A stretch of 64,000 nt of DNA from Hyalangium minutum (lineage in GTDB: Bacteria > Myxococcota > Myxococcia > Myxococcales > Myxococcaceae), in NCBI RefSeq assembly GCF_000737315.1, contig NZ_JMCB01000006.1:1-64000 (forward strand). Reading direction: 5' to 3'. This document shows, in pieces, positions 26,148 to 35,500 of the stretch. Position numbers and translations under genes: made by a program. Position 1 is the first letter of the stretch. Each line of letters starts with the position of its first letter. Under the pieces are notes generated by a model that saw only the letters and a list, made by a program, of their open reading frames with translations, did not search any database and was not told where the DNA came from.

Positions 26148-29100
26148 TCAGCCTCCGGACAAATCGGAACCATGCCTCCATCCCTCTGGCAACTCGAGCT
26201 CCATGATGCTGAGCAACTGCTCCAGTTCTTCTTGCGCCGCCTCCTCATCATAGAGCCCGGCGACATGCTGAATCTCCGCGATGAAGGCAACCTTTCGATT
26301 ATTCGTGTTGGAGCCCCGGAAGAGATCTGCGCTCAGCAAGATCTCCCTACCTCGGGCCCGCCCGATGTAATGCTTGGCCGAAGACTCGCGGGACTGGCCG
26401 AAATCCACGACATAGATCTCCGCTCGCTCCGCTGCTGCTGTGAGAGCGGCGAGGCGGTCAGGATCGAGCATTCCGTTGGGATCGGAGCTAGGTATCTCGG
26501 TTCGACAGGTCTCCACGTCTATGTCAACGGCCCTCAACCGCTTGAGGTTATTGAAGTCTTCGTTCTCCCCCATGCGGCGCCCCACGGTCCCGGCGAAGAT
26601 GAAAGCAGCGACGATGATGATAATGACGATCGCCAAGCCCACCAGGAGACCGAACTTCCCGCTCGGGTCGACGTAAGCCGTGGGATTGCCACGGACGTAC
26701 TGATAGATGTTTGCTCCATCTACCATCCCAAGCCTGTCCGGCTGAATCCACCGCCCTAGCTTCGGATCCATGTAGCGGTCGCGGTGGTAGTTCAGCCCGG
26801 TCGAGTCGTGCTCGCGCCCTGTGTACCCGAACGCCAGCATCGGCCCGCTCCCACTCGTGGTCCTCGCCCCATAGGCATCGTAGGAGTTCGTCCTCACGAC
26901 GGCTCCCGTCTGATCCGCGATGGCCACAACGGAGCCGAGCGCGTCCGTGAGGGGGGAGTAGGTGCTGCCTGCCTGCTGGAAGCTGAGGATCTCGTCAGTG
27001 GTCTGTGGGTGGGTCAGGTAGCTCGTCGGGGTGGGGCTCGTGCTGGAGAACTCCTGGAGAACGGTCGCACCGTCGAGCAGGTACTGGGTCGAACCCGCTG
27101 GCGTCGTCTGCTTGGTACGAAGCCCCGTGGCGTCGTACTCGAAGGTATGCAGCTCTCCTGAAGCCAGGGTGACCTGCCGCAACCTGTTGTCGAGATCCCA
27201 GCCATACTGCTTCACCAGTTGGCCTGCCTTGGTCTCGCTCAGCAGGTTGCCATTGTTGTCGTAACCGTACTCAGTGGCCACGCCGCCCTCGAAGCTCCTC
27301 TCGAGCTGGTTGAAGGCGTTGAAGGCGCTGTTCACCTGCCGGTTCGTCCCGCCAGTCACCTCACGGAGCGCGGTTCGGTTTCCCAGCAGGTCCAGCGTGT
27401 ACCTCACGCTGCGCTGAGTCCCGTAGTCCACTCCCGTCAGCCGGTCGGATGCGTCATAGATGTAAGACTCTCGGGTCCCATCCGCGAGCGTCTTGGAGAG
27501 CCGGTTTCCTCCCGCATCGTACGTATAGGAGCTGCCAGCCACCACCGCGCCTTCCTTGGCATGGACGATGCCAAGCAGTTGGCTCGCGGCATCGTAGGAG
27601 TACGTCGTGGCGATGCCGTTGGAGCGTGTGATGCGCGTGCGGCGTCCCAGATCGTCGTAGCTGATCACCGTCCGCTGGCCGGCGCTGTCCACGGCCTGCC
27701 TCAGCAGATTGAGCGCGTCATAGGAATAGTGATGTTCCAAGCCCGCACTCGTGACGCTCGTGCGATTGCCGTTGGCGTCGTAGGTGTAGCGGAGCGTCCG
27801 TCCCAGGCTGGCGTCGATGACCTCCTTCACACGGCCCAGGGCGTCGTACTCGAGGGTTCGTGCATGGGTCCCATTCTTCTCGAGCGTCCGGCGCCCCGCC
27901 TCGTCGTAGTCGTACTGGTAGGTGCTCCCATCCTCGAAGGTCACGCTCTTCAGGCGCCGGTTGCCGTCGTAGGCATAGGTGGTCCGCCTGCTATTGCCAT
28001 CCACCTTCGCTGTGCGATTGCCTACGCCGTCATACTCGTAGCTCGTCACCACATTGAGGGGGTTCTTCTCCCACTGCAGCCTGTTGGCCAGGTCGTACTG
28101 GTACTGCGTCCGCTGGCTCCCTGCGGTCACGGACGTCCGGTTCCCTCGCCCGTCATATCCGTAGGTGATGGACTGATCGCCTTTGGTGACCCTCTCCAGC
28201 AATCCATGGGACCCGTAAGCGTACGTCGTAGGCGCCTGGCCAAGCTCGGAGCTGGCCTTGATTCTCCCTGCGGTGTCGTACTCGTACCGGCTCTCACGCT
28301 TCAGCGAGTCGACCTCGGACAGCACGCGGCCCATCCTGTCGAAGTCACGCCGGTACAAGCCTCCTGTGGCATCGACCTGAACGCAGGGCTGCGTCGTCAG
28401 CTCGGCACAGTAGCCCAGGACGGTACTGGCTCCGTTGGCCAGCACCGTCTCCACGTGCCTTCCGGCGGCGTCATAGCGCATCACCGTCCGCGCGTTCCGG
28501 GCATCCACCAGCGCCACCACCCGGCCATTGGCGTCGTACTCCGTCCGGCTCACCCCATTGAGCGCATCCTCGACGGACGTCACCCGCCCCACCGCGTCGT
28601 ACGTGTACGTCGTCACTGCCAACAAAGGGTTCTTCGTGGTGAGCCGGTGGCCTTCGGCATCGTAGGTGGACTCGAAGCGAGCATTCAGCGCGTCCACCAT
28701 CGCGGTGACCTGACCCGCGGCGTCTACCTCGAAGGTGTGCTTCTTGTTGTCGCTGTCCTTCGTTTCGGTGATGTATCCCGCTGAGTTGAAGGTCAGCGTC
28801 GTGGTCACCTGCTGGGGATCCGTCATCGTCAGGGGGAGGCCTTTGCTCCCATAGGTCATCCGGGTCACCGCAGGCCCCGGCTTCGTGAAGGTCTCCAGCC
28901 GTCCGCGCGCGTCGTAGCCGTAGCTCGCCACCCCGAGGCCATCCGTCCGGGTCTTCAACCGGCCTGCCGTGTCATAGGTGTTCGTCACCTTGGGCCGCCC
29001 CGTTGCCTCCACCGTGAGCACCTGGTTGAACGCCGTGTCATAGGTGTACTTCGTCACCCGACCATCGGGATCCCGCTGCTCGGTCATGTTGCCGCGCGTG

Positions 29101-32100
29101 TCATAGATGCGCTCGGTGACGAGGCTGCGCGCGTCCTTCTCCTGCGTGAGGTTGTGCGCCGTATCCCATTGGCGCTCGGTTCGATTGCCCAGCGGATCCA
29201 CGAGGACCACGGGATTCCCCGCCGCGTTGTGCTCGCGCTGCCACTCGTTCCCCAGCCGATCCACGTAGACGGCACGGCGGTTCACCGTGTCATAGAACGC
29301 AGAGGCCTTATGGCCGAGCGGGTTGATGCTTCCCACCCACCGATCCAGCGCGTCGTAGAGGGTGACCCAGACCTTGCCTCGCTTGTCGGTCCGCCGAACG
29401 AGGTTGTGCGCATCGTCGTAGGCGTACGTCTCCATGTTGTTGAGCACGTCCACGGCGCCGACGAGATCGTCACCCTCGTAGGCGTAACGCACCGTGCGGT
29501 TCGCGCGATCCGTCACCTTCGTGAGCTTCCCATCCGTGTACCCAAAGCTCAGCGCCACCTCATTGTCAGAGTCCCTCACTTCGGAGGGGAGCCCGTTCGC
29601 ATAGAGGATGTCGACACGGCTGCCACCCGGCTCCGAGATACTTCGCAGCCGCCTGGACGAATTGAACTCGTAAACCAGCCCCTCTTTCGTCCGCAGCCTG
29701 TACCCATCCGAGAGCACAGTCAGTGTCAGGTACCAGCCCGGCGGCGCGGTGAACGTCGAGCCCGATTTCTGGAAGCGCACCTCGCGCCAGTCCTCGGTGA
29801 TGTACGTCAGGCTCCCGTTCAGCTCGAGGCGAAGGTACATCCCGTAGCTGTGCATCCACCCGTACCCTAGCTCCGTCATCCCATTCCCTCGGGAGGCGTA
29901 CGTGCGGCGCCAGGTGATGGGCAGCCCCACCGCTGGGAGCGTCAGATCCGTCCACTGCTCCCGCAGGTTGCCAGTGGCCATGTTCACCGTGGAATTCACC
30001 ACGGCCTCGTCACAGCCACAGGCGGGTCCCTCGGAGGAGCCGCTGGAGCCCCCCGGTCCACTGTTGCTGCCGCCGTTGAGCAGCTCGCCGATCAGGTAGG
30101 CCCCCTCCCCCGTCACCGGGTTCTCCAGGATGTAGCCCTCCTGGTTGATGTACTGCTGGTAGTTGGTGGGGTGCTGGGGGATGGTGATCCGCCAACCTGC
30201 TGCCAGCGCCTGATCCACCCGGCTCATCGTCAGGTCCGAGAAGCCCTGAAGCAGGGCCCGGCCTGACGAGTCCTGCGGCGTGATCCGGAAGACGGGAACG
30301 CCCTGGCTCGCCGACGCCTGGATGATGCGCACCGCGGACACCGAGACGGTGGACATCACCTCTTCCCACACCTTGTGCTCGAGCGCGCTGCCATGGTGGC
30401 CCGCCAGCCGCATCAGCCCCGCCTGGTAGCGGAAGTCCGCATCCATCGGCATCGGCGTCACCGAGTCCCGCGCCACGTCCAGCACGTACTTGCCCGGCGC
30501 CAGCGAGAGCGGCGTGCCGTTCACCTGCTGCACCTTCAGCTCCTTGCCCGCCGTGCCCTCGATGACGTCCTGGAGCACGCGGTGGCGCTGAAGCCCGAAC
30601 AGCCGCGCCGCGTCCGCTCCCTTGTGGTGCGAGTACAGCGCCAGGGCCAGGTGGGCCTCGAACTCCGCGCGCTCGTCTCCCGTCAGCCCCTGCGCCTGCT
30701 GCCGCAGCGCCTGGATCTGGCTCACAGGCGTGGCGCCCGCACTCGCCATGAACGCGTACACACCTCCCGCGATCAGCGAGTGCTTCACCACCGCCGGAGC
30801 ATCTCCCGGAATGGTCACCTTCACGGTGAGCTCCTGCTCCACACCCGGCATCACCGCGCTGAAGCGCTTGGCCTCCTGGCCATTGACCCTCAGGGAGGGG
30901 GCCACGCGCACCGCGTACGGCCGGACTCCCGTGATGCCCCCCGCCGTCTGGATGGCGGCTTCATCCGTTGGGGTCGCTCCCGGATAGCGCAGCGCGACCC
31001 GCGGCCCCTGCAGCTCCGCCAGCTCGAACGTGGCCTTCTCGCCTCCGAGTGACAGCTCGACCGTGTGTCGGAAGCTCTGGGGCGGCCTGGCGAAGTGGAG
31101 GGGCTCCGACACCAGCTCCGCGGGGTGCTCGGCCGGCAACAGCCGGAAGAGGTCTTCTTGCACGGTGGCCTTGGCCAGCGCGTCATCCAGCGTGTTGCAC
31201 AGGTTGCGCAGCTTGGCTGCGTCCAGGAGCTGCCGCTCGAAGATCTCTCGCGGTGTGTCGGAGGTCAGCGCCCCCAGGTACGCATTGAAGTCGAAGGAGA
31301 CGAGCCCTCGCAGGTCCACGCCCTGGCTGTGCTGCACGCGCTTCAGGCCCGGATCGAGCCGGACCCACAGGTTCTCGCCTCCCCGGCCCGTGCCTCGGTA
31401 GTCCGAGTACGCCACGTACGCACGGACATAGGCGCGCTCGGTGAGGACACCCTTGCCGTCCTCCGTGAGGGCCGCCGGGATGCCCGAGGACGACAGCACG
31501 AAGGCGGCTGTCCTCGCATCCACCGCTCCTGTGAGCGCCTGGGCCTGCGCCGCAGAGAGCCGCACCGTCGTGTACTCGTAGCGTGCGGGAACGCCCGCCT
31601 CGCGCAGCAGGGCGATGAGCAGGGACGCCTGATCGAAGTCATTGCCGGCGCCCTCGGCGAGCGTCGCCGCCGCGCCCTTCTTGGAGCCGTAGTACAGCTC
31701 GGTCTTCACCTTCGTGTGCACGTGGTTGTAGAGCGCGAGCGGCTGGTTCCCCAGCGACTGGGCCAGCAGCTTCAGCTCCGGGCTGCGCAGCGTCTCGGGC
31801 GTCTCCGCGAGATCCTCGGGAGCCGGCTCCGGGAGCACGCCCAGCAACGGCATCAGCAGCCCCAGGTCCGTCATCACCGAGGCCAGCCGCACGGGGGCGC
31901 GCGGAACTCCCGCCAGCGCCGTCTCCAGCGCCACGGAGCTGCCATCCGCCAGCTCCACGGAGACGGACTCTCCCTCCAGTGACGCGTAGAAGGAGTCCAG
32001 CTCGGGCGTCCGCTGCCCCAGCGTTCCCTTGCGCCGGGGAGCGGGAGGGTTCGGCTTCAGAGGCTTGAGCCGTCCCAGGTCCAGCATGCTCCCCCGGCTG

Positions 32101-32570
32101 CCCGACTGCCGCTCCGTGGCGGCGCGCTGCCGCATCGCCTTGGCCAGCTCGGGCGTCCGCTTCGCCAGCCGCTCCTGCAAGGCCGCGGGCGAGAGCTTCA
32201 GGCTCCGCGCGCGCGCCACCTCCTCGCGAATCTCCGCATCCGGAGTGGCCTGCTTGATGCGCCGGGCCTGCTCCTGTGCCAGGAGCTTACTGGCCTTCTG
32301 CTCGTCCGCACGCGTGAGGCGCTCCAGCTCCGCCAGCGCCTCTTTCCGGCGTCGCGCGGTCTCCTCACCCCGCTTCGTGTCATATGCCGCTGGATCCGAG
32401 ACCTGGAGCGGATCGATGCCCAGGTTCTTCGCGGCCTGCGCGAGCCGCAGGCCGTAGGCGCGCTCGGCGGCCTGCGCACGCTGCAGCTCCCCCATGCAGA
32501 GGAACTGCAGCGTGACCAGGGTCAGCAGGGAGGACGTGGTCTGGAACCACACCTTCTTCGTCTGAAACAT
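26148..32570 (-). CDS. 2140-aa transglutaminase-like + DUF6531 + Rhs/YD-repeat protein with C-terminal toxin-like domain
   Basis: N-terminal hydrophobic signal. TG-fold YYGSKKGA...GNDFDQASLLIALLREAGVPARY...WVRLDP. DUF6531-like VNMATGNL...WRRTYASR...LGYGW. Many YxYDxxGR repeats. Rhs core GYTGREHD.TGL.Y...RYMDPKLGRW...NPTAYVDPSG, followed by a ~169-aa C-terminal domain. Confidence 0.92.
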   Translation of the reverse strand: MFQTKKVWFQTTSSLLTLVTLQFLCMGELQRAQAAERAYGLRLAQAAKNLGIDPLQVSDPAAYDTKRGEETARRRKEALAELERLTRADEQKASKLLAQEQARRIKQATPDAEIREEVARARSLKLSPAALQERLAKRTPELAKAMRQRAATERQSGSRGSMLDLGRLKPLKPNPPAPRRKGTLGQRTPELDSFYASLEGESVSVELADGSSVALETALAGVPRAPVRLASVMTDLGLLMPLLGVLPEPAPEDLAETPETLRSPELKLLAQSLGNQPLALYNHVHTKVKTELYYGSKKGAAATLAEGAGNDFDQASLLIALLREAGVPARYEYTTVRLSAAQAQALTGAVDARTAAFVLSSSGIPAALTEDGKGVLTERAYVRAYVAYSDYRGTGRGGENLWVRLDPGLKRVQHSQGVDLRGLVSFDFNAYLGALTSDTPREIFERQLLDAAKLRNLCNTLDDALAKATVQEDLFRLLPAEHPAELVSEPLHFARPPQSFRHTVELSLGGEKATFELAELQGPRVALRYPGATPTDEAAIQTAGGITGVRPYAVRVAPSLRVNGQEAKRFSAVMPGVEQELTVKVTIPGDAPAVVKHSLIAGGVYAFMASAGATPVSQIQALRQQAQGLTGDERAEFEAHLALALYSHHKGADAARLFGLQRHRVLQDVIEGTAGKELKVQQVNGTPLSLAPGKYVLDVARDSVTPMPMDADFRYQAGLMRLAGHHGSALEHKVWEEVMSTVSVSAVRIIQASASQGVPVFRITPQDSSGRALLQGFSDLTMSRVDQALAAGWRITIPQHPTNYQQYINQEGYILENPVTGEGAYLIGELLNGGSNSGPGGSSGSSEGPACGCDEAVVNSTVNMATGNLREQWTDLTLPAVGLPITWRRTYASRGNGMTELGYGWMHSYGMYLRLELNGSLTYITEDWREVRFQKSGSTFTAPPGWYLTLTVLSDGYRLRTKEGLVYEFNSSRRLRSISEPGGSRVDILYANGLPSEVRDSDNEVALSFGYTDGKLTKVTDRANRTVRYAYEGDDLVGAVDVLNNMETYAYDDAHNLVRRTDKRGKVWVTLYDALDRWVGSINPLGHKASAFYDTVNRRAVYVDRLGNEWQREHNAAGNPVVLVDPLGNRTERQWDTAHNLTQEKDARSLVTERIYDTRGNMTEQRDPDGRVTKYTYDTAFNQVLTVEATGRPKVTNTYDTAGRLKTRTDGLGVASYGYDARGRLETFTKPGPAVTRMTYGSKGLPLTMTDPQQVTTTLTFNSAGYITETKDSDNKKHTFEVDAAGQVTAMVDALNARFESTYDAEGHRLTTKNPLLAVTTYTYDAVGRVTSVEDALNGVSRTEYDANGRVVALVDARNARTVMRYDAAGRHVETVLANGASTVLGYCAELTTQPCVQVDATGGLYRRDFDRMGRVLSEVDSLKRESRYEYDTAGRIKASSELGQAPTTYAYGSHGLLERVTKGDQSITYGYDGRGNRTSVTAGSQRTQYQYDLANRLQWEKNPLNVVTSYEYDGVGNRTAKVDGNSRRTTYAYDGNRRLKSVTFEDGSTYQYDYDEAGRRTLEKNGTHARTLEYDALGRVKEVIDASLGRTLRYTYDANGNRTSVTSAGLEHHYSYDALNLLRQAVDSAGQRTVISYDDLGRRTRITRSNGIATTYSYDAASQLLGIVHAKEGAVVAGSSYTYDAGGNRLSKTLADGTRESYIYDASDRLTGVDYGTQRSVRYTLDLLGNRTALREVTGGTNRQVNSAFNAFNQLERSFEGGVATEYGYDNNGNLLSETKAGQLVKQYGWDLDNRLRQVTLASGELHTFEYDATGLRTKQTTPAGSTQYLLDGATVLQEFSSTSPTPTSYLTHPQTTDEILSFQQAGSTYSPLTDALGSVVAIADQTGAVVRTNSYDAYGARTTSGSGPMLAFGYTGREHDSTGLNYHRDRYMDPKLGRWIQPDRLGMVDGANIYQYVRGNPTAYVDPSGKFGLLVGLAIVIIIIVAAFIFAGTVGRRMGENEDFNNLKRLRAVDIDVETCRTEIPSSDPNGMLDPDRLAALTAAAERAEIYVVDFGQSRESSAKHYIGRARGREILLSADLFRGSNTNNRKVAFIAEIQHVAGLYDEEAAQEELEQLLSIMELELPEGWRHGSDLSGG

Positions 32571-32585
32571 GAGGGCTGTGTCTTT

Positions 32586-35500
32586 CTACGGGCAGGAGAG
32601 CGGAGCCGGGACCGTCTGCGGCCCCGGCGAGAGCACGAGGGTTTGCGAGTTCGTGAGCGTGACCTGGCGGCCCACCACGGCGCCTCGCAAGCTCGTGTTG
32701 TTGCCGAGGATCACGTGGGTCAGCGGCGCGTAGATCTGCATCGCCGCTGTCGACTGGTTGAGCACGGAGACCGCCTGCCCCGTCGAGGCACTGCTCACGA
32801 GGAGGAGCGAGGCCCCTGTACCGGGTGCCGCCCCCAGCGTGGACTGATTCGAGACCGACACGGAGCCGGAGACGAAGAGCTCGACGCTGCCTCCCGAGGC
32901 AACCTTTAGGGTGGCCCCCCCTGTCAGCACCAGGTGATCCAGCAGGAAGCGGCCCGACGGCAAGGTGAGGGTCTCCTGATCGATCTCGAGTCCTCCTCCC
33001 ACGAGGAAGGGCGAGATGTCCGGATCCGCCTGGAGCAGTGCGTTGTCGTTCTGCTGCCCCACCTTCTGGAACCAGCGCGTCAGATCGTAGCCGCAGCTGC
33101 ACGGGGTGGGCGGCGAGGACACCGTCTCATCCCCGCCAGTGGCCTGCGCACCCGTGCCAAGCACGAGCTGCCCGCCGTGGTAGATCCGCCCGCCCACGCT
33201 CGCCAGGCCCCCCAGCTGGGTGAGAGTGCCAGAGACAACGTCACCGCTGACGGAGCTGCTGTCGCCCATCAGCACGGATCCATGGCTCGCCACCGAGGCA
33301 GGACCGCTCAACCCCACCACCTGCGCGCTGTCCTGAATCGACAGGCTGTCGAGCGCGCAGGCCGCGAAGAGGAACCGCGGACGCGCCTGCAACACCGTGA
33401 AGTGCACCGTCACCGACGACAGGTTGCCGGCCATGTCCCAGGCCTTGACGCGCAGGGTGTGGGCACCGAGCGCGGTCACCGGGGTGCCGCTGTCGACGAG
33501 GACATTGTCCAGCACGCCCTCCAGCGGCTGGAGCGGCGAGGCATCGGTGGCCGTGAATACCGGAGTGAAGGAGGTCCCCAGCGCGCCCTCGGACACTCCC
33601 GTGACAGAGAGGACCGGCGGCGTGAAGTCCAAGGTGAACGAGACGGTGCGCACCGTCTGATTGCCCGCGAGGTCCACGGCTGTCACCACCAAGACATGCG
33701 TCCCCTCGGCCGTGACGAAGGTGCCAGACGTGAACGTCGCTCCATCCAGCGTTGCCGAGACCGAAGCGAGGTTCGTGTCGACGACGTCGAACGCGGGCGC
33801 GACCTCGTGGTTGATGTATTGGCCGTCCTTGACCCAGTAGACCCAGACTTCAGGCGGGGTGAAGTCCAGCGTGAACTCGATGACACGCTCGGCCACATTG
33901 CCGGCCCCATCCACCGCGCGGAGCGCCAGCAAGTGCGTCCCCTCCGTGCTCACCGCGGTCCCCAGCGTGAACGGCACCCCATCCAGGGTAGCGACCAGCG
34001 TTCCAGGGTGAAGCTCCTGCACCGTGACCCCCGGGGTGAGCGGAACGGAGCTGTACTGGCCATTCACGACTCCCGTCACCCCCAGCACGGGCGGTGTGAA
34101 GTCCAGGCTGAAGGACCGCGTCTCGCTGACAGCATTGCCCACCGCGTCGGACGCCTGGACTACCCACAGGTGATCGCCCTCCGCGTTGACCTCCGTCCCG
34201 GACGCGAGCGGCGAGCCGTCGAGCAGGGACGTCACCGTGCCCGGATGCGGCTCCGACACCGAGTAGGACAGGGTGACCGGCGTGTTGAGCAGCGCCCCAT
34301 GGCTGGGGCCATCCAGGCTCAACACCGGTGCCGTCTGGTCGATGCTGAAGTGGATGTCCACCGAATGGCTGTTCCCGGCACCGTCCACCGCCGTCACCGC
34401 CAGCAGGTGGGCGCCCTCCGCGGAGATGGCGGTTCCCAGGGAGAAGGGCACACCATCGAGCGTCGCCACGACGCTGCCCGGGTGCGCATCCTCCACCGTC
34501 ACACTCGGAGTGAGCGGCACCGCGCTGACCTGACCCTCGGCGACTCCGGTGATTTCCACCTGAGGAGCCGTGAAGTCCAGGCTGAAGGCGCGCGTCTCCG
34601 TGGTGCTGTTGCCCGCCAGATCTACCGCCGTCACCGTCCAGAGATGATCCCCCTCCCCATCCACGAACACTCCGCTTTCCACGGGCGCGCCGTCCACTGT
34701 GGCCACGAGCGTTCCCGGGTGCTGCTCCTGCGCCTGGAAGGACAAGGTCACGGGCGTGTTGAGCAGCGCCCCGTGAGCCACGCCCGCCAACTGCAGCACC
34801 GGCGGCGTCAGGTCGATGGTGAACGACACCGACCGCTGACGCTGGTTGCCAAAGGCGTCCGCCGCGCTCACCTCCAGCAGGTAGCTCCCCTCCGCCGTCA
34901 CGGCCGTGCCGCTGGTGAAGGCATTGCCATTGAGCGTGATGGTGGTACTCGACAGGTACGGATCCGTGACTGTGATTTCCGGAATGACCTGCGTGGGTGA
35001 GAACTGTCCGTCCGTCACTCCCGAGATGGTGATGACCGGCGGCTCCTGATCGGTGGGCATCTCCGCCGTCACGACGAGCCGATCCAACGTCTGGCCGTCG
35101 AGCTGGGCGACCAGCACCTTCTGCCGCGCGTCCAGCTGCGAGGTGGGCAGGGACAGCACGATGTCCTGCGAGCTGCCAGGCGCCAGGCTCACCTGGGTCG
35201 AGGCCGTGGCCTCCTGGCCCAGCAAGGGCGTGTCCAGCAGCAACACGCGCAGCAGCCCCTCCACCGTCTCTCCGCTCGTGTTCGTGAGGAGGACGTGGGT
35301 TTGCAGCGGCGGGCCGATGGGGAAGGGGCTCGCGGCGGAGAGCTGCGCGGTGACGACCCGCGCCGGAACAATGACGACCTTCCAGAGCACCTGGTTGCTC
35401 GCGATGACGGTCCCCTGCGCGTCCCGCAGTTCGGCCCGGACGCGGTAACTGCCCGCCTGCGCCGTGGGCGAGACGGAGAAGCGCTCGGCGATGTCATGGA

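Noticed and set aside
26139-26759. Plus-strand 206-aa ORF opposite the Rhs tip
   Set aside because: It is fully antisense to the Rhs core and C-terminal domain and has no motif support.
26148-32570. Classical T6SS Rhs effector
   Set aside because: There is no PAAR motif and no adjacent vgrG or eagR/DUF1795 chaperone, and the N-terminus looks like a Sec signal. Dependence on a distant T6SS cannot be excluded.
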